Counted from the stretch's first letter, positions 28,267 to 38,201 are shown. The stretch is DNA of 64,000 nucleotides from Alphaproteobacteria bacterium (GCA_965203385.1 OZ241893.1:269986-333985); one strand, 5' to 3'. Notes: a model not told the origin generated them from the sequence alone. Numbers and translations: made by a program.

Positions 28267-28478
28267 CAGCGGCCAGACGGGCCGGAACCAACGAAGGCAG
28301 CGGCCGGCCGGCTCAAGGAGGCCGCTGAGCCACCCGTGATCCGTTCGGCGCCGAACGCGCCTTCCTGTCACCCGGCGGCAGGAGCTCCGGCAGTCGTACA
28401 ATAGGGAAAGAAACGACCTTCGGAAAAGCGCGGCTTACCGCCGGAATCCCGCCGTTTTATTTCGCCGCCAACATCATC

Positions 28479-28871
28479 GGCAACACCGATGCACACGCAA
28501 AGAACTTCTCCATGCTCATTGGCGTTCCGGGGCAATCACGCCTGGCGCCACTCTACGATATGGCCAGCATGCTGCCTTACGGCTTCAGTGCCAGAAGCCT
28601 GAAGATGGCAACCAGGATCGGCGGGAAATACCGGCTCGAAGAGGTTGCCTCACGCCATTGGTCACGGTTCGCCGCAGACGTACGCCTGCCGCCCGCTGAA
28701 TTCCTGGACATGGGCGTGGCCATGGCCGAAGCGTTGCCCGCCGCATTTGGCGAGATTGTCGAGCGCGCTCGCGCTGACGGACTCGATCACCCGATCCTGG
28801 AGCGTATGGTCGAGGTCCTGGACGCTCGCTCCGCTCGCTGCGCCCAAGTGCTGAGATCGGCGGCAGATTGA
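28479..28871 (+). pseudogene. hipA: HipA-family toxin, 3' part
   Basis: GNTDAHAKNFSML..LAPLYDM is the catalytic/activation region of HipA kinases. It is in frame with ORF 28512..28871. Confidence 0.85.
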
Positions 28872-29204
28872 GCGGAACCCGTGAGCCCGGGGAAATGACG
28901 ACGATTACCCCGAATGCCCGGAAAGTCGTGATCCTCACACGAAAACCTTGCGGTCTCGTGACGCCGCAACCGAGGTATCGAAGTGACGCTTGGAGCCTTG
29001 CGCCACTCGTGTTGGGAGGCAACTGCACGCAGCGAGAACCTCATCGCCAACACATGCAGGATAACCTTCGGACTCGGGATCGTGTCGTCGAAGTCACAAA
29101 CGACAGTCTCCTTGACATTGCCGCGAAGCTCCCCGACGGAATGGCCTCGGGTGCAGATGCTGCATGCAGGGGCACTGGCCGGATAACCGCCGTCCATTTC
29201 ATCT

Positions 29205-30118
29205 TCAGTGCTCAGCGTCGGTGCGCGAGACAGATGGCGCAACCGCACTTCGGTGGGCTGAAATGGCGTACCCCACAGCGATGTCGCCGATTCGGTCCGC
29301 GCGCTTGAAGACGGGCTTGAACAGATCGCTCTCACCATTCTCCAGACAGCGGCGCAGAGCGTAGGCACAGAGGTCGGCGATCTGGACCAAGCGGGTCAAT
29401 TTGCTGTCGACGAACATGGGCGTTTCGATGATGTGGTCAACGCTGGTCCAGAGTGTGCCGGTCACGTGGAAGGAGCGCATCATGTGGGTATGCCTCCGGG
29501 CGACCGTCTCGTTGTTGTCGTGCACAGGCAACCCGTGGTTGCGTTGGGAGTTGGGAGGCCGGGCCGCTCACGTTGCGGAGGAACCGCTCAAACCGGGAGA
29601 CGACTTGCTCAAACGCCTGTTCGCTGACAGATCGCTGAGACCGGGCCGGATCGAAATGGGACTTGTCGACGCATTCGGCGAACAGGCGGGCGAATCCCCA
29701 GTTCGACACCGTCTCAGCAACCTCACGCACGGCACGGCGACGCTCATCCCAAGTGAGATGAACGTAGGATTCGGTGTTGCGGTGGAACTTGCGGGCGCGT
29801 CTGCGACGAATGTCGTTGGCCGGACCGGCAAGGCGCGATAGCCCGTTATTCCTGTAACGGTTGACCTCCCGGCGCCGGTCAGCGGGGCCAAGCTGCTCGA
29901 AACCGGAGATTTTTCGACTGTTCGAGGTATTTCCTCAGCATCCACGCTGTGTGGATCTCGGTATCGGCTAACCCATATTCCCCCAGCACGCGCGAGACCT
30001 CTCGATCAGCATCCCGCCAATGCCAGATCGGAATGGACAGGCCAGCGAGGATGAAATGGCTGGTATCGCCAGTGCTGGCACCGGTTGTGCCGGACTCATC
30101 AAGGTAGCAAAGATACAC
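29205..30118 (-). pseudogene. DUF3800-like protein, multiply frameshifted
   Basis: MYLCYLDESGTTG (ORF 29879..30118), then VAETVSNWGFARLFAECVDKSH (ORF 29437..29730), then FVDSKLTRLVQIADLCAY (ORF 29205..29531). The three pieces are in three frames. Confidence 0.55.
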
Positions 30119-30557
30119 AGCGATCCCGATCCCGGCGGAACGGAAAAAAGAAAGCGTCTGGGCCTTGGAGCCTTGGGCTCCGAAGGACGAGCCGCTTGGC
30201 GACTCTCCGCAGACGCACTGAACAATCTAATTCGGGGTGGGCGCACGTCAATATCTTCACTGAACTGCTCACTCCAGACCTATCAGGATGATCAACCTGC
30301 TGCCGGTCTGGAACCCTGATCTTCAGCCGTGATCTTCAGTCGCACGAGAGCCAACCGCGAACCCGAGCGTGCTACCGCGAATCCTTCCCTTGCGCATAAC
30401 AGTCATTTCCCACGGGACTGTGCGAGCCTGCATTCAAGTTGAGCGGGTGAGCAGTTACCACTGAAGTTCCTAACAAACACGGTGACACGGCTTCATGATA
30501 TTTCGTGGAACTCGCTTTCGATGTCGGGACATCTGAGATTGGATTACGGTCCAAGGA

Positions 30558-33362
30558 TCAGGCACCAATGATCTCCACATGTCGCGCGAGGATATCCCGA
30601 ATGTCCGCGGGCGCCTGCGATACACCCCAGAACCACCGGCCGAATCCGCCATGCGAGTTGACGGCCTCGACCCATTCGGCCAGGAAACGACGCTTGGTCC
30701 GGTCCTGATCGCTGTCTCGGCCCTTTGTCTCAAGCACCAGCATTCCACCCGACACGAGCCGGACGAGGAAATCGGGTCTGTATTTCCGCACCACGCCACG
30801 ATAGACGTAGAAGACCTCAAAACCGAGATGGTCGTTCTTCACCCAGGCTGCTACCTCGGGAGCGTGGTCGAGGACGTAGGCCTCGGACGCTTCCCATGTG
30901 CTGTCGAACACACAGAAATTGACGTGGCTGCGCTCCGTACGCTCACATGGCTTGCCCGTATACCAGGTCCGCATGTCGCCGGTGGCACGAATCGGGCGAT
31001 CCCGGTCGAACACGGGTTCCAGGCTCTCGGTGTTTTCGTAGCGGATCGCTTCCCAGATGTGCTGCACCACCTTGGTCATGTTGAGGGTAATGATGAGACG
31101 GCGCTTCAGGGCGTCGTTCAGGAACACTGCGGGCGCGATATCGATCTTGTCTGAGCGAATGAATTGCTCGATAAGCCGCACCAGTTGCGCCAGCAGGAAA
31201 ATCCGGTCACCCGCCCAGTCCTCTTGCATCTGGTCGTAGACGTCTCGTGCCGTCTCGAAAATGATGCGCTGAGTGCGGAACTCGCGCGCAAGGTTCTCCA
31301 AATCTATGGAGTCGATCTTCGTGATGTCAGGCTTGCCATCGACGATGGGGGCCATGTCCACCAACCGGGCAGTCAGGGCGGCGTTGAGCTCCAGGGATGT
31401 CACCCGTTCCCAATCGAGCAACAGGCGCGAACGATAGCCGTGATCGATGCGAACGATGTTCGGCCATGAAATCTCGTAAACCGCCTTCTCCGTTACCGAC
31501 TCGATGGCGGTCTTCGGTTTTGGCGGAGGCGGCGGGCCATTCTCTCCACCTTCATGAGGCAGGAAGGTGAAGGGAACACCGAAGACGTTGACGTATTCCG
31601 GCTCGAACAGCTTTGTATCCGGATTCACCTCGTAGGACGTGCGGCGCAGGCCGCGCCCAACCACCTGCTCGCAGAGGAGCTGGCTGGTGAATGCACGGAG
31701 GCCCATAATGTGGGTGACGGTCTTCGCATCCCACCCCTCCGAGAGCATCCCAACCGAGATCACGTTCTGTATCCCCTCGCCCGCGCGTCCGGGCTGGCCC
31801 ACCGTATCCACCTGCAATCGCAGAAATTCAGCCTGCTGCTTCCCGGTCAACCTGCGCACACGACCTGCGTCGGCGTCGACCTCGCCTGAGGCGATCTCGG
31901 CGATCGGCTCCTCGGCAGTCTCGGCTTTGTCGAGCGCTTTCGAATCGATATGCAGGGTTCTCTCCGGATCGCAAAGTTCGTCGATGCGAACTCGCTTGTG
32001 GTCGAACGCGTGCTTGATCCGGGCGGCCGTCTGGGTGCGGTTAGCGACAGTGATCATCACCGGCGGAGTCGCGCTGCTCCGCGCTTTCCAGGCCTTGGCT
32101 GTCTCGCGCCAGTCGTAGCCGAGAAGGTAGTAGCCGTTCATCACCAGGTCCGGCAAGGGTTCCTCCGCCCGGGCCGGCCGGTTCAGATCGTCCCTGACCT
32201 CGGGATCGTTGTAGATGTGATAGAGGCGGGACCTGTAGGTCTTGGCGTCGGGCACGGCGTCGTCACGGATCACAACCCGCGGCGTCTTGACCAGACCGGA
32301 CTCGATGGCGTCGTTCAATCCGAAATCGCTCACGATCCAGTCGAACAGCGCTTCCTCGGAATTCCGCTTGCCCGACGGTGTGAACGGCGTCGCAGAGAAG
32401 TCGAAGCAAGCGAGAATGCCGCGCACCCGGTGGATTCGATCGAGCCCTCCGATCCACTTGGTCGCTTCCTCAATGTCACCCTTGGCGATGCCCCTGACCT
32501 TGACACCGGGCTGGACCCGCCACGCGTGATGCGCCTCATCGTTGACGACCAGGATGTTCCTTGCGCGTGCCATGTCTCCGAGCACGTCACGGACGTAGGC
32601 TTCGTCGCTCTTGGCCCCGCGCTTGTCGACGCCGCGTCTGCCGGCGATCTTCTCGTCCGTCTCCCAGTTGAGCATGTGCCAGTTCCGGATCACCACCTTG
32701 CCCTGACGCAGCTTGTCGAACAGGGCGGAGGGCACGACGCGGAAGGCCGCGTAATAGTTCTCCGGATGAGACGGCACCAGAACGGCAAGGCGGTTTTTCA
32801 CCGTGAGACCGGGCGCGATAACAAGAACGTTCGCGGCAAACCGGGGGTCGCGCGGACTGGCGACCTTGTTCAATACCTGCCAGGCGATGACCATGGCCAT
32901 GACAACGGTCTTGCCGGAGCCGGTCGCCATCTTGGCGCACAGCCGCCGGAACGCGCCGCCGTCGGACGGGATCTCGACCCCCACGCGGTCGGCCGCCGGC
33001 GCTTCGGTCAGCCAGATCAGCGTTTCCACCGCCTCGATCTGGCAGAAAAAGAACTGCCGGGTCTCGAATTCCTCGGGGTCGTTCCAGTACTCCAGCAGGC
33101 GCTTCGTAACTCCCGTGATGCCGGGATAGCCGGCATCACGCCACGCCCGAACCCGGTTTCGAATTTGATTGACCAAGGGGATTTCGACCAATACGCCGGG
33201 ATCATCGAATGCGCTCGAGTCCGGAGAGGCCACCACGTATCCCGCGGGCCGCCGACCGTCCGCGAGGTCGAACAGGCGCGTCGCCCGGTCGTAGCGCCAA
33301 TGGCGCGCCGGCTCCTCGTAGGGAGAATTGACGATCAGACGGTCGATGGTTGTGCGCGCCAT
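30558..33362 (-). CDS. res: type III restriction enzyme Res-like subunit (SF2 helicase plus PD-(D/E)XK nuclease)
   Basis: 934 aa. Motifs are AKMATGSGKT (motif I), VVNDEAHHAW (DEAH box) and a C-terminal YRPDFLV...LVLETKG nuclease motif. Confidence 0.8.
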   Translation of the reverse strand: MARTTIDRLIVNSPYEEPARHWRYDRATRLFDLADGRRPAGYVVASPDSSAFDDPGVLVEIPLVNQIRNRVRAWRDAGYPGITGVTKRLLEYWNDPEEFETRQFFFCQIEAVETLIWLTEAPAADRVGVEIPSDGGAFRRLCAKMATGSGKTVVMAMVIAWQVLNKVASPRDPRFAANVLVIAPGLTVKNRLAVLVPSHPENYYAAFRVVPSALFDKLRQGKVVIRNWHMLNWETDEKIAGRRGVDKRGAKSDEAYVRDVLGDMARARNILVVNDEAHHAWRVQPGVKVRGIAKGDIEEATKWIGGLDRIHRVRGILACFDFSATPFTPSGKRNSEEALFDWIVSDFGLNDAIESGLVKTPRVVIRDDAVPDAKTYRSRLYHIYNDPEVRDDLNRPARAEEPLPDLVMNGYYLLGYDWRETAKAWKARSSATPPVMITVANRTQTAARIKHAFDHKRVRIDELCDPERTLHIDSKALDKAETAEEPIAEIASGEVDADAGRVRRLTGKQQAEFLRLQVDTVGQPGRAGEGIQNVISVGMLSEGWDAKTVTHIMGLRAFTSQLLCEQVVGRGLRRTSYEVNPDTKLFEPEYVNVFGVPFTFLPHEGGENGPPPPPKPKTAIESVTEKAVYEISWPNIVRIDHGYRSRLLLDWERVTSLELNAALTARLVDMAPIVDGKPDITKIDSIDLENLAREFRTQRIIFETARDVYDQMQEDWAGDRIFLLAQLVRLIEQFIRSDKIDIAPAVFLNDALKRRLIITLNMTKVVQHIWEAIRYENTESLEPVFDRDRPIRATGDMRTWYTGKPCERTERSHVNFCVFDSTWEASEAYVLDHAPEVAAWVKNDHLGFEVFYVYRGVVRKYRPDFLVRLVSGGMLVLETKGRDSDQDRTKRRFLAEWVEAVNSHGGFGRWFWGVSQAPADIRDILARHVEIIGA

Positions 33363-33724
33363 TACTCCGACTCCAGCTCCCGGCCGTTTTCGGGCAGGAT
33401 GGTCCGTTCAAGCAAATGGATCAGGTTCGGCAGATCTCCCTGTACCGTTTCCCAGACGATATCGGGGTCGATGTCGAAATACGCATGGACGAGTCGATTG
33501 CGCATCCCGACAATCCGCTCCCACGGTATTTCCGGAAAGTCCTGGCGTGTCGATTCGGTGACCTGCGTTGCCGCCTCGCCAACGATCTCGACACTCTTGA
33601 TCAGCGCAAGGACCAACTGGCGGTCGTTGTCGAGGTCGCCGCGCGTCCGTCCCTGCGCGAAGGACACTGCTTCGTGCGCGGCGTCCAGCATGTGCCGCAA
33701 CCGGACTTCGTCATCCTTGCTCAT
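33362..33724 (-). CDS. hepT: HepT-like (DUF86) HEPN ribonuclease toxin
   Basis: 120 aa. RNRLVHAYFDID contains the Rx4-6H HEPN motif. It overlaps mntA by 14 nt and res by 1 nt (TAATG). Confidence 0.8.
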   Translation of the reverse strand: MSKDDEVRLRHMLDAAHEAVSFAQGRTRGDLDNDRQLVLALIKSVEIVGEAATQVTESTRQDFPEIPWERIVGMRNRLVHAYFDIDPDIVWETVQGDLPNLIHLLERTILPENGRELESE

Positions 33725-34016
33725 ACTGGACTTCCGCCGTGTCGAGGACTTCCTGGCGGAAATAGCGGCTCAGATCCTTCGGCGTGCGCAAATCCACCTT
33801 GCGGCCGCCGAAAAGGGGCGACAAATCGATCTCCATACCGACCACACCCAACAGGCCGGGAACCCGGCCTGGCACAAACTCGACCAAGACATCGACATCG
33901 CTTTCGGGGCCGAAATCCGGCCGCAATGCCGAGCCGAAAATCGCCAGCCGCCGGATGCCGTGCGCCTGGCAGAAGTCGGCCAGTTCGGCTTTGTGGACAG
34001 ACAGTCTCGCGTTCAT
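33711..34016 (-). CDS. mntA: MntA-type minimal nucleotidyltransferase antitoxin
   Basis: 101 aa. IFGSALRPDFGPESDVDVLVEF is the GSx10DxD NTase motif. Confidence 0.8.
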   Translation of the reverse strand: MNARLSVHKAELADFCQAHGIRRLAIFGSALRPDFGPESDVDVLVEFVPGRVPGLLGVVGMEIDLSPLFGGRKVDLRTPKDLSRYFRQEVLDTAEVQYEQG

Positions 34017-34208
34017 GGCCAGATCGCCTTGTTAGTGTCGAAATCAACGGCAACGGTGTTTGCTTCCTGAATGATTCTCATCTTGTATCCACCTGCGTAA
34101 TCCAGCTTGGTATAGACCACTCCCTCGCAGTCTGAAGGCGTTTCCGCACTGCCTCGCCCATCAACTCTTCCAGCTGCCCAACCGCCCGTGACCGGTTCAC
34201 CCGCGCCA

Positions 34209-36812
34209 TCACGCCAACTCCACGATCTTCAGGCTCTCGATGCCACGATCGTCCACGATCTTGACCGCCGCACGGCCATGCTCGCCCGCCCCGAAGGGTA
34301 GGGAAACAGTACCGCGGTAGGCCTTGATCAGATCCTGATCGATCTCCGCCCTGAGGCTGTGCGCAAGCTTTGTCCAGTCATATTTGCTACCGACCAGCGG
34401 GAAGAACACTTGGCGCGGGAACAGGCTTCGTCCGTCATAGTCGGGATCGAGCATCCAGAGTGCGATCCGATCAGCGGCGCCGGATTCAACGTTTCCCGTC
34501 CTGGTATTGTAGTAGTCGAAGCCTTGGATCAGAACGCGAAACGTAACATCGCCAGTGCCGTCGCCCGCGATACGCTCAACGATTACGTCGGGCTGACCAA
34601 TCAGCCAGAAACTCTCGTTGCTGACCCTCGCTCTCTTGAGGTCATCGGTCAAGAGATCGGCGTTCATCTGCGCCTTCAGAAGGGTAACGCCAGGCCAGCG
34701 GGTTTCATCGATGTCCTTTGACGCTTCGGGATCAAACTGAAAGGCGGCGAAAACGATAATTTTGGGCTTCGGGACAAGATTCTGCGCTTCCTCAATCGCG
34801 TGTGCAACTTGACGTTGCTCCAGCGGTGCGTGGTCCGGCCCAAACGAAACTACGAGGCGGCCAGATTTTGAAGTGGCTGTGGCGTTGCGAGAACCGTCCA
34901 CCTCGCCATCGCCGGACCGCGCCTCGCCCTCGGCGTGCAGCCATTTCGCACCGGGAAGAGGCTCCAGACGTGTGAAGGCAATGCTCTGTCCGGCCTTGCC
35001 GCGAATTCCGGTCTTGAGCAGTTCATCGCGCCAGTCGCCCTGCCGCACGGTCGCGCCTGAGCGTGCGACGGAAGCGTCGGCCTGTAAGGGCGCCGGTCCC
35101 TCAATGTCGTCGAGAGGCCTGACTGCTGGGGCGGGAACAGCCTCAACCGTAAACGGACCTGTAACTCTGGCTGTGCTGCGGTCGATATTGGGTTGGTCGT
35201 AGAGTACTTCTTGTGGCGCATGACGGCTAATCGCCACCTCAATCTCTTCATGCGCCATGCCGTCCCGAATATCGGGGTTGTTTGCGATGGAGCCGAGCGT
35301 GACGTGTGGCACGGTTGTATATTTGAAGCCACTGCTGACGCCTTCTTTTGCGTGAGCCAATTCGTAGTAGTCGAAATACGCGACCATTAGCCGCTGCTTC
35401 GCGAGGGTGAGCGCGACGCGGGACGTATCACAAGTGATCCATCTGCGCCCCCACTGTTCGGCGACATAGGCCGTCGTTCCGCTACCACAGGTTGGGTCGA
35501 ATACCAAGTCGCCGGGATCAGTAGTCATCAAAAGACAGCGTTCGAGGATTTTCGTGGCAGTTTGCACGGCATAGGCCTTGCCCCTTGCCCCCTGCGTATC
35601 TGTCCACTGATTGGTAATTTCCATGACTGGATAGTCATCGGCAAAAAATACATATCTTGGCACCGTCTTTAACCAACGAATTCGTTTTGCAGCAATCAGC
35701 TTTTTTATGCCTTCAGGAGTGGTTTTCCAACTTGTCGTCGGGTTTGGATACGCTCGCCTGCCTTCCAACTCAAATTCAAAGTGACAGGATGCCGTGTATC
35801 CGGTAGCCATTAGATCTATGAGATTAAAGTAACGAGCTTTGTCCCGATCGTCTCTTTGAGATACACAGGCGGCCTTTACAATATCTCCGTTTGGCATCAG
35901 CGCAGACGAAAATTGTGTGTCTTCACCATAGCTTCTGGGAACAAACAGTCGGTGGAACTTGACTTTGTCCTTATCTCTAGCATACCAGATTAGGTAATCG
36001 GCTACGCCCGGCAAATGGGCTGAGTTGAGCGGAACCTTTGTTCTGAAAGAAATCAACGACATGAAATTTGATGGTCCAAAAACCTCGTCCATAACGTTGC
36101 GGACTAGATGCACATTCTCGTCGCCGATTTGCACAAAACAGCTTCCGCCCTCATGCAGAAGTTCTCGCATTAGCAATAACCGATCCCGCAGATAGGTAAG
36201 ATAGGAATGTATACCAAGTTCCCAAGTATCTCGGAAAGCACGAATGGTCTCCGGTTGCTGCGTCAGATCCTCATCCCGACCGTCTTTCACATTGGGTTTA
36301 TTCACAAAAGGCTGGAAGTTTGAACGGTAGCTAATCCCGTAAGGCGGATCGAGATAAACCATCTGGACCTGACTACCGAGACCTTCTTTTTCGATCAAGC
36401 TGTTCATCACCAGCAGACTATCGCCCGCAACCAGGCGATTCGACCAATTACGTCGATGTTTATAGAATTCGATAGCTTGGCGAAGTGGCAGATTTTCCTC
36501 AGGCGAGTCAAACAGAGAAAACTGTTCTTCTACTTTTTTCTGCTTTCCTACCGCCTCAATAATGGTGCGCGGGTCAATTTTTTCGTGTATATGCAACGAG
36601 ACGGTCGGGGCTTTGAACGACGTGTGCTCTGCCTTGCCGGCCCATGACAGATGTGGATCAAGGTGCGCATCATGAACGTAGGCTCTTCTCCCGGCATCTT
36701 GATCTGTCTCGGGCGTAACTAAGCCGACAGGCGGATTGTTCACCCGTTCCTTATCAGTGTGAGCGTAGGTCTCGATTTCTCGCCCGGCCTTCTTCCCGCT
36801 TCGTCGTACCAT
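34209..36812 (-). CDS. mod: site-specific DNA methyltransferase, type III Mod-like (N6A/N4C beta class) with a long C-terminal extension
   Basis: 867 aa. The DPPY motif (VYLDPPYGISY) precedes FDPTCGSGTTAYVAEQ, giving a IV-then-I motif order. Confidence 0.8.
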   Translation of the reverse strand: MVRRSGKKAGREIETYAHTDKERVNNPPVGLVTPETDQDAGRRAYVHDAHLDPHLSWAGKAEHTSFKAPTVSLHIHEKIDPRTIIEAVGKQKKVEEQFSLFDSPEENLPLRQAIEFYKHRRNWSNRLVAGDSLLVMNSLIEKEGLGSQVQMVYLDPPYGISYRSNFQPFVNKPNVKDGRDEDLTQQPETIRAFRDTWELGIHSYLTYLRDRLLLMRELLHEGGSCFVQIGDENVHLVRNVMDEVFGPSNFMSLISFRTKVPLNSAHLPGVADYLIWYARDKDKVKFHRLFVPRSYGEDTQFSSALMPNGDIVKAACVSQRDDRDKARYFNLIDLMATGYTASCHFEFELEGRRAYPNPTTSWKTTPEGIKKLIAAKRIRWLKTVPRYVFFADDYPVMEITNQWTDTQGARGKAYAVQTATKILERCLLMTTDPGDLVFDPTCGSGTTAYVAEQWGRRWITCDTSRVALTLAKQRLMVAYFDYYELAHAKEGVSSGFKYTTVPHVTLGSIANNPDIRDGMAHEEIEVAISRHAPQEVLYDQPNIDRSTARVTGPFTVEAVPAPAVRPLDDIEGPAPLQADASVARSGATVRQGDWRDELLKTGIRGKAGQSIAFTRLEPLPGAKWLHAEGEARSGDGEVDGSRNATATSKSGRLVVSFGPDHAPLEQRQVAHAIEEAQNLVPKPKIIVFAAFQFDPEASKDIDETRWPGVTLLKAQMNADLLTDDLKRARVSNESFWLIGQPDVIVERIAGDGTGDVTFRVLIQGFDYYNTRTGNVESGAADRIALWMLDPDYDGRSLFPRQVFFPLVGSKYDWTKLAHSLRAEIDQDLIKAYRGTVSLPFGAGEHGRAAVKIVDDRGIESLKIVELA

Positions 36813-36991
36813 GATCTAACCTCAAATTTCGGTTACCGCACTAGATCGCCGGCCTCGTGCCAAACGCAGGTAACCCATTCGTTGATCATATCTCGAAAGG
36901 TGCTCCTACGATCGATATCAATTTGGGCTGTCCCGATCGAGGTGGTGGAGCGACGAGGCTCTGACGGGGACGGCAATCCTTGAAATCGCCG

Positions 36992-37849
36992 TCAGCGGCT
37001 CGTCAGGCTTTCCGGCACCGAGTTGAGCGCCTGGCGCTGGTCGTCGGACCCGGCGAGCGGGGGCGGGACCGGCCACGCCTGTGCGAAGATTTGTCCTTCG
37101 CTGTCGGTCACCCTGACCGACAACTCGCCTGGACCCGTCGGCACATAACGAAAATGAATCGACGGGTTCTCGCTGAGCGAGAAATTTGAATCGACGGTCA
37201 AGACCGCTTCGTCCCCATAGCGCACTTCCATGCGTTCGACGAAGTGGGCCTGCACGTAATGCCGGGTGACCTGATCCATCTGCATACCGGTGTGGTTGGG
37301 ATGGCTCACCAGTATCTGCGCGCTGTTGGGCTCTCCCCAGACGACCGGTTCCGGGCGGCGGAGCTTCATCCTGCCGAGATTGGCCAGTGCCGCTTCGGGG
37401 TCCTTCCCGGCAGGAGCAGAACAGCCGCCGGAGGCCTTCACGTAGCGTTTCACCATGTGCAGTTCGCCGTCTTCGGTCTCGGCCACGGCCCGGACGTGGG
37501 TATAGGCGTTGATGCGAACTCGGGTACTGATAGCCGCCCAGCCGCTGGCGGCGGTGAAGTGAAAGTGGCCGGCCATCGGCATGGGATTCTCGTCCACAAT
37601 CAGCGTAACCGTCTTGACCTGGCGTTCCGGTGTTTGCGGAAACGCCGCCTCAAAGCTGATCGGCACCAGGGCCGCATCGTGGGCCCGTACAGGTGCTTCC
37701 AGGGATATCACCCCGGTACCGTCTGCGATCGACCGGTCACCGAACAGCGACGAGCGAATCTCCTCCCAGCGGATCTCGTCCTCCGCTGCAGACCAGGCGG
37801 GCGGCGAAAAAGTTATTGCCAGCAGGGTAACGGCAAGGGCGATCCGCAT
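36992..37849 (-). CDS. quinoprotein dehydrogenase-associated SoxYZ-like carrier protein
   Basis: 285 aa with a signal peptide and an SGGCSAP motif. The genomic context is the PQQ-dehydrogenase relay genes. Confidence 0.6.
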   Translation of the reverse strand: MRIALAVTLLAITFSPPAWSAAEDEIRWEEIRSSLFGDRSIADGTGVISLEAPVRAHDAALVPISFEAAFPQTPERQVKTVTLIVDENPMPMAGHFHFTAASGWAAISTRVRINAYTHVRAVAETEDGELHMVKRYVKASGGCSAPAGKDPEAALANLGRMKLRRPEPVVWGEPNSAQILVSHPNHTGMQMDQVTRHYVQAHFVERMEVRYGDEAVLTVDSNFSLSENPSIHFRYVPTGPGELSVRVTDSEGQIFAQAWPVPPPLAGSDDQRQALNSVPESLTSR

Positions 37850-38201
37850 GGCTTGATGGCCTCCCGTGGCGTTCCGACAACGGATACTGCCTGCATTCTA
37901 GCACTGATCGGGGCCGGCGCATCGCATCCTCTACGGCTTCGGGGCCACAAGCCGGCCAGACGCCTCCTCATCGAAGAGAGCGTGGACGGGTAGGAGGCCG
38001 GCTGGCGACCCCGGCGATTCCTTTCCCACGTCGGTAGGAACCTCTGCTCCCCCTCGACGCCGACCGACCGGCGCCCGGCCGACGGTACCGCACGGCCCCG
38101 CCGGATTCGGGCACCAGAGGATCGAACGGCAACCAGAAACACAGAGCACGCCGGAGATGCCCGATGGACGGGAAGCACCCCCGGTTCTGCCGGACCGGCC
38201 C

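Larger units (their letters stand above)
23842..28473 (+). mobile_element. IS21-family element with three extra ORFs, copy B (4,632 bp)
   Basis: Same length and gene order as copy A, in the opposite orientation. The 5-bp direct duplication TCATC lies at 23837..23841 and 28474..28478. Removing it restores hipA ..NWII-GNTDAHAKNFS.. Confidence 0.9.

Noticed and set aside
8587-28473. The idea that the segment between the two IS21-family copies has already been inverted or arrived as a composite transposon.
   Set aside because: Each copy has its own matching 5-bp duplication. Both interrupted genes (IS1380 transposase, hipA) are collinear and in frame across their insertion, so the copies inserted independently and no inversion has occurred.
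28872-29204. ORFs 28868..29308 and 28787..29368 as genes between hipA and the DUF3800-like relic.
   Set aside because: They overlap each other and the DUF3800-like frames, lack recognisable motifs, and are most simply non-coding or the degraded 3' end of the DUF3800-like gene.
37850-38201. A missing gene in the 350-bp gap between the SoxYZ-like carrier and the MBL gene. The same question applies to the 550-bp gap at 39195..39750.
   Set aside because: Only low-complexity overlapping ORFs on both strands are present. There is no ribosome-binding site or domain signal visible by eye.
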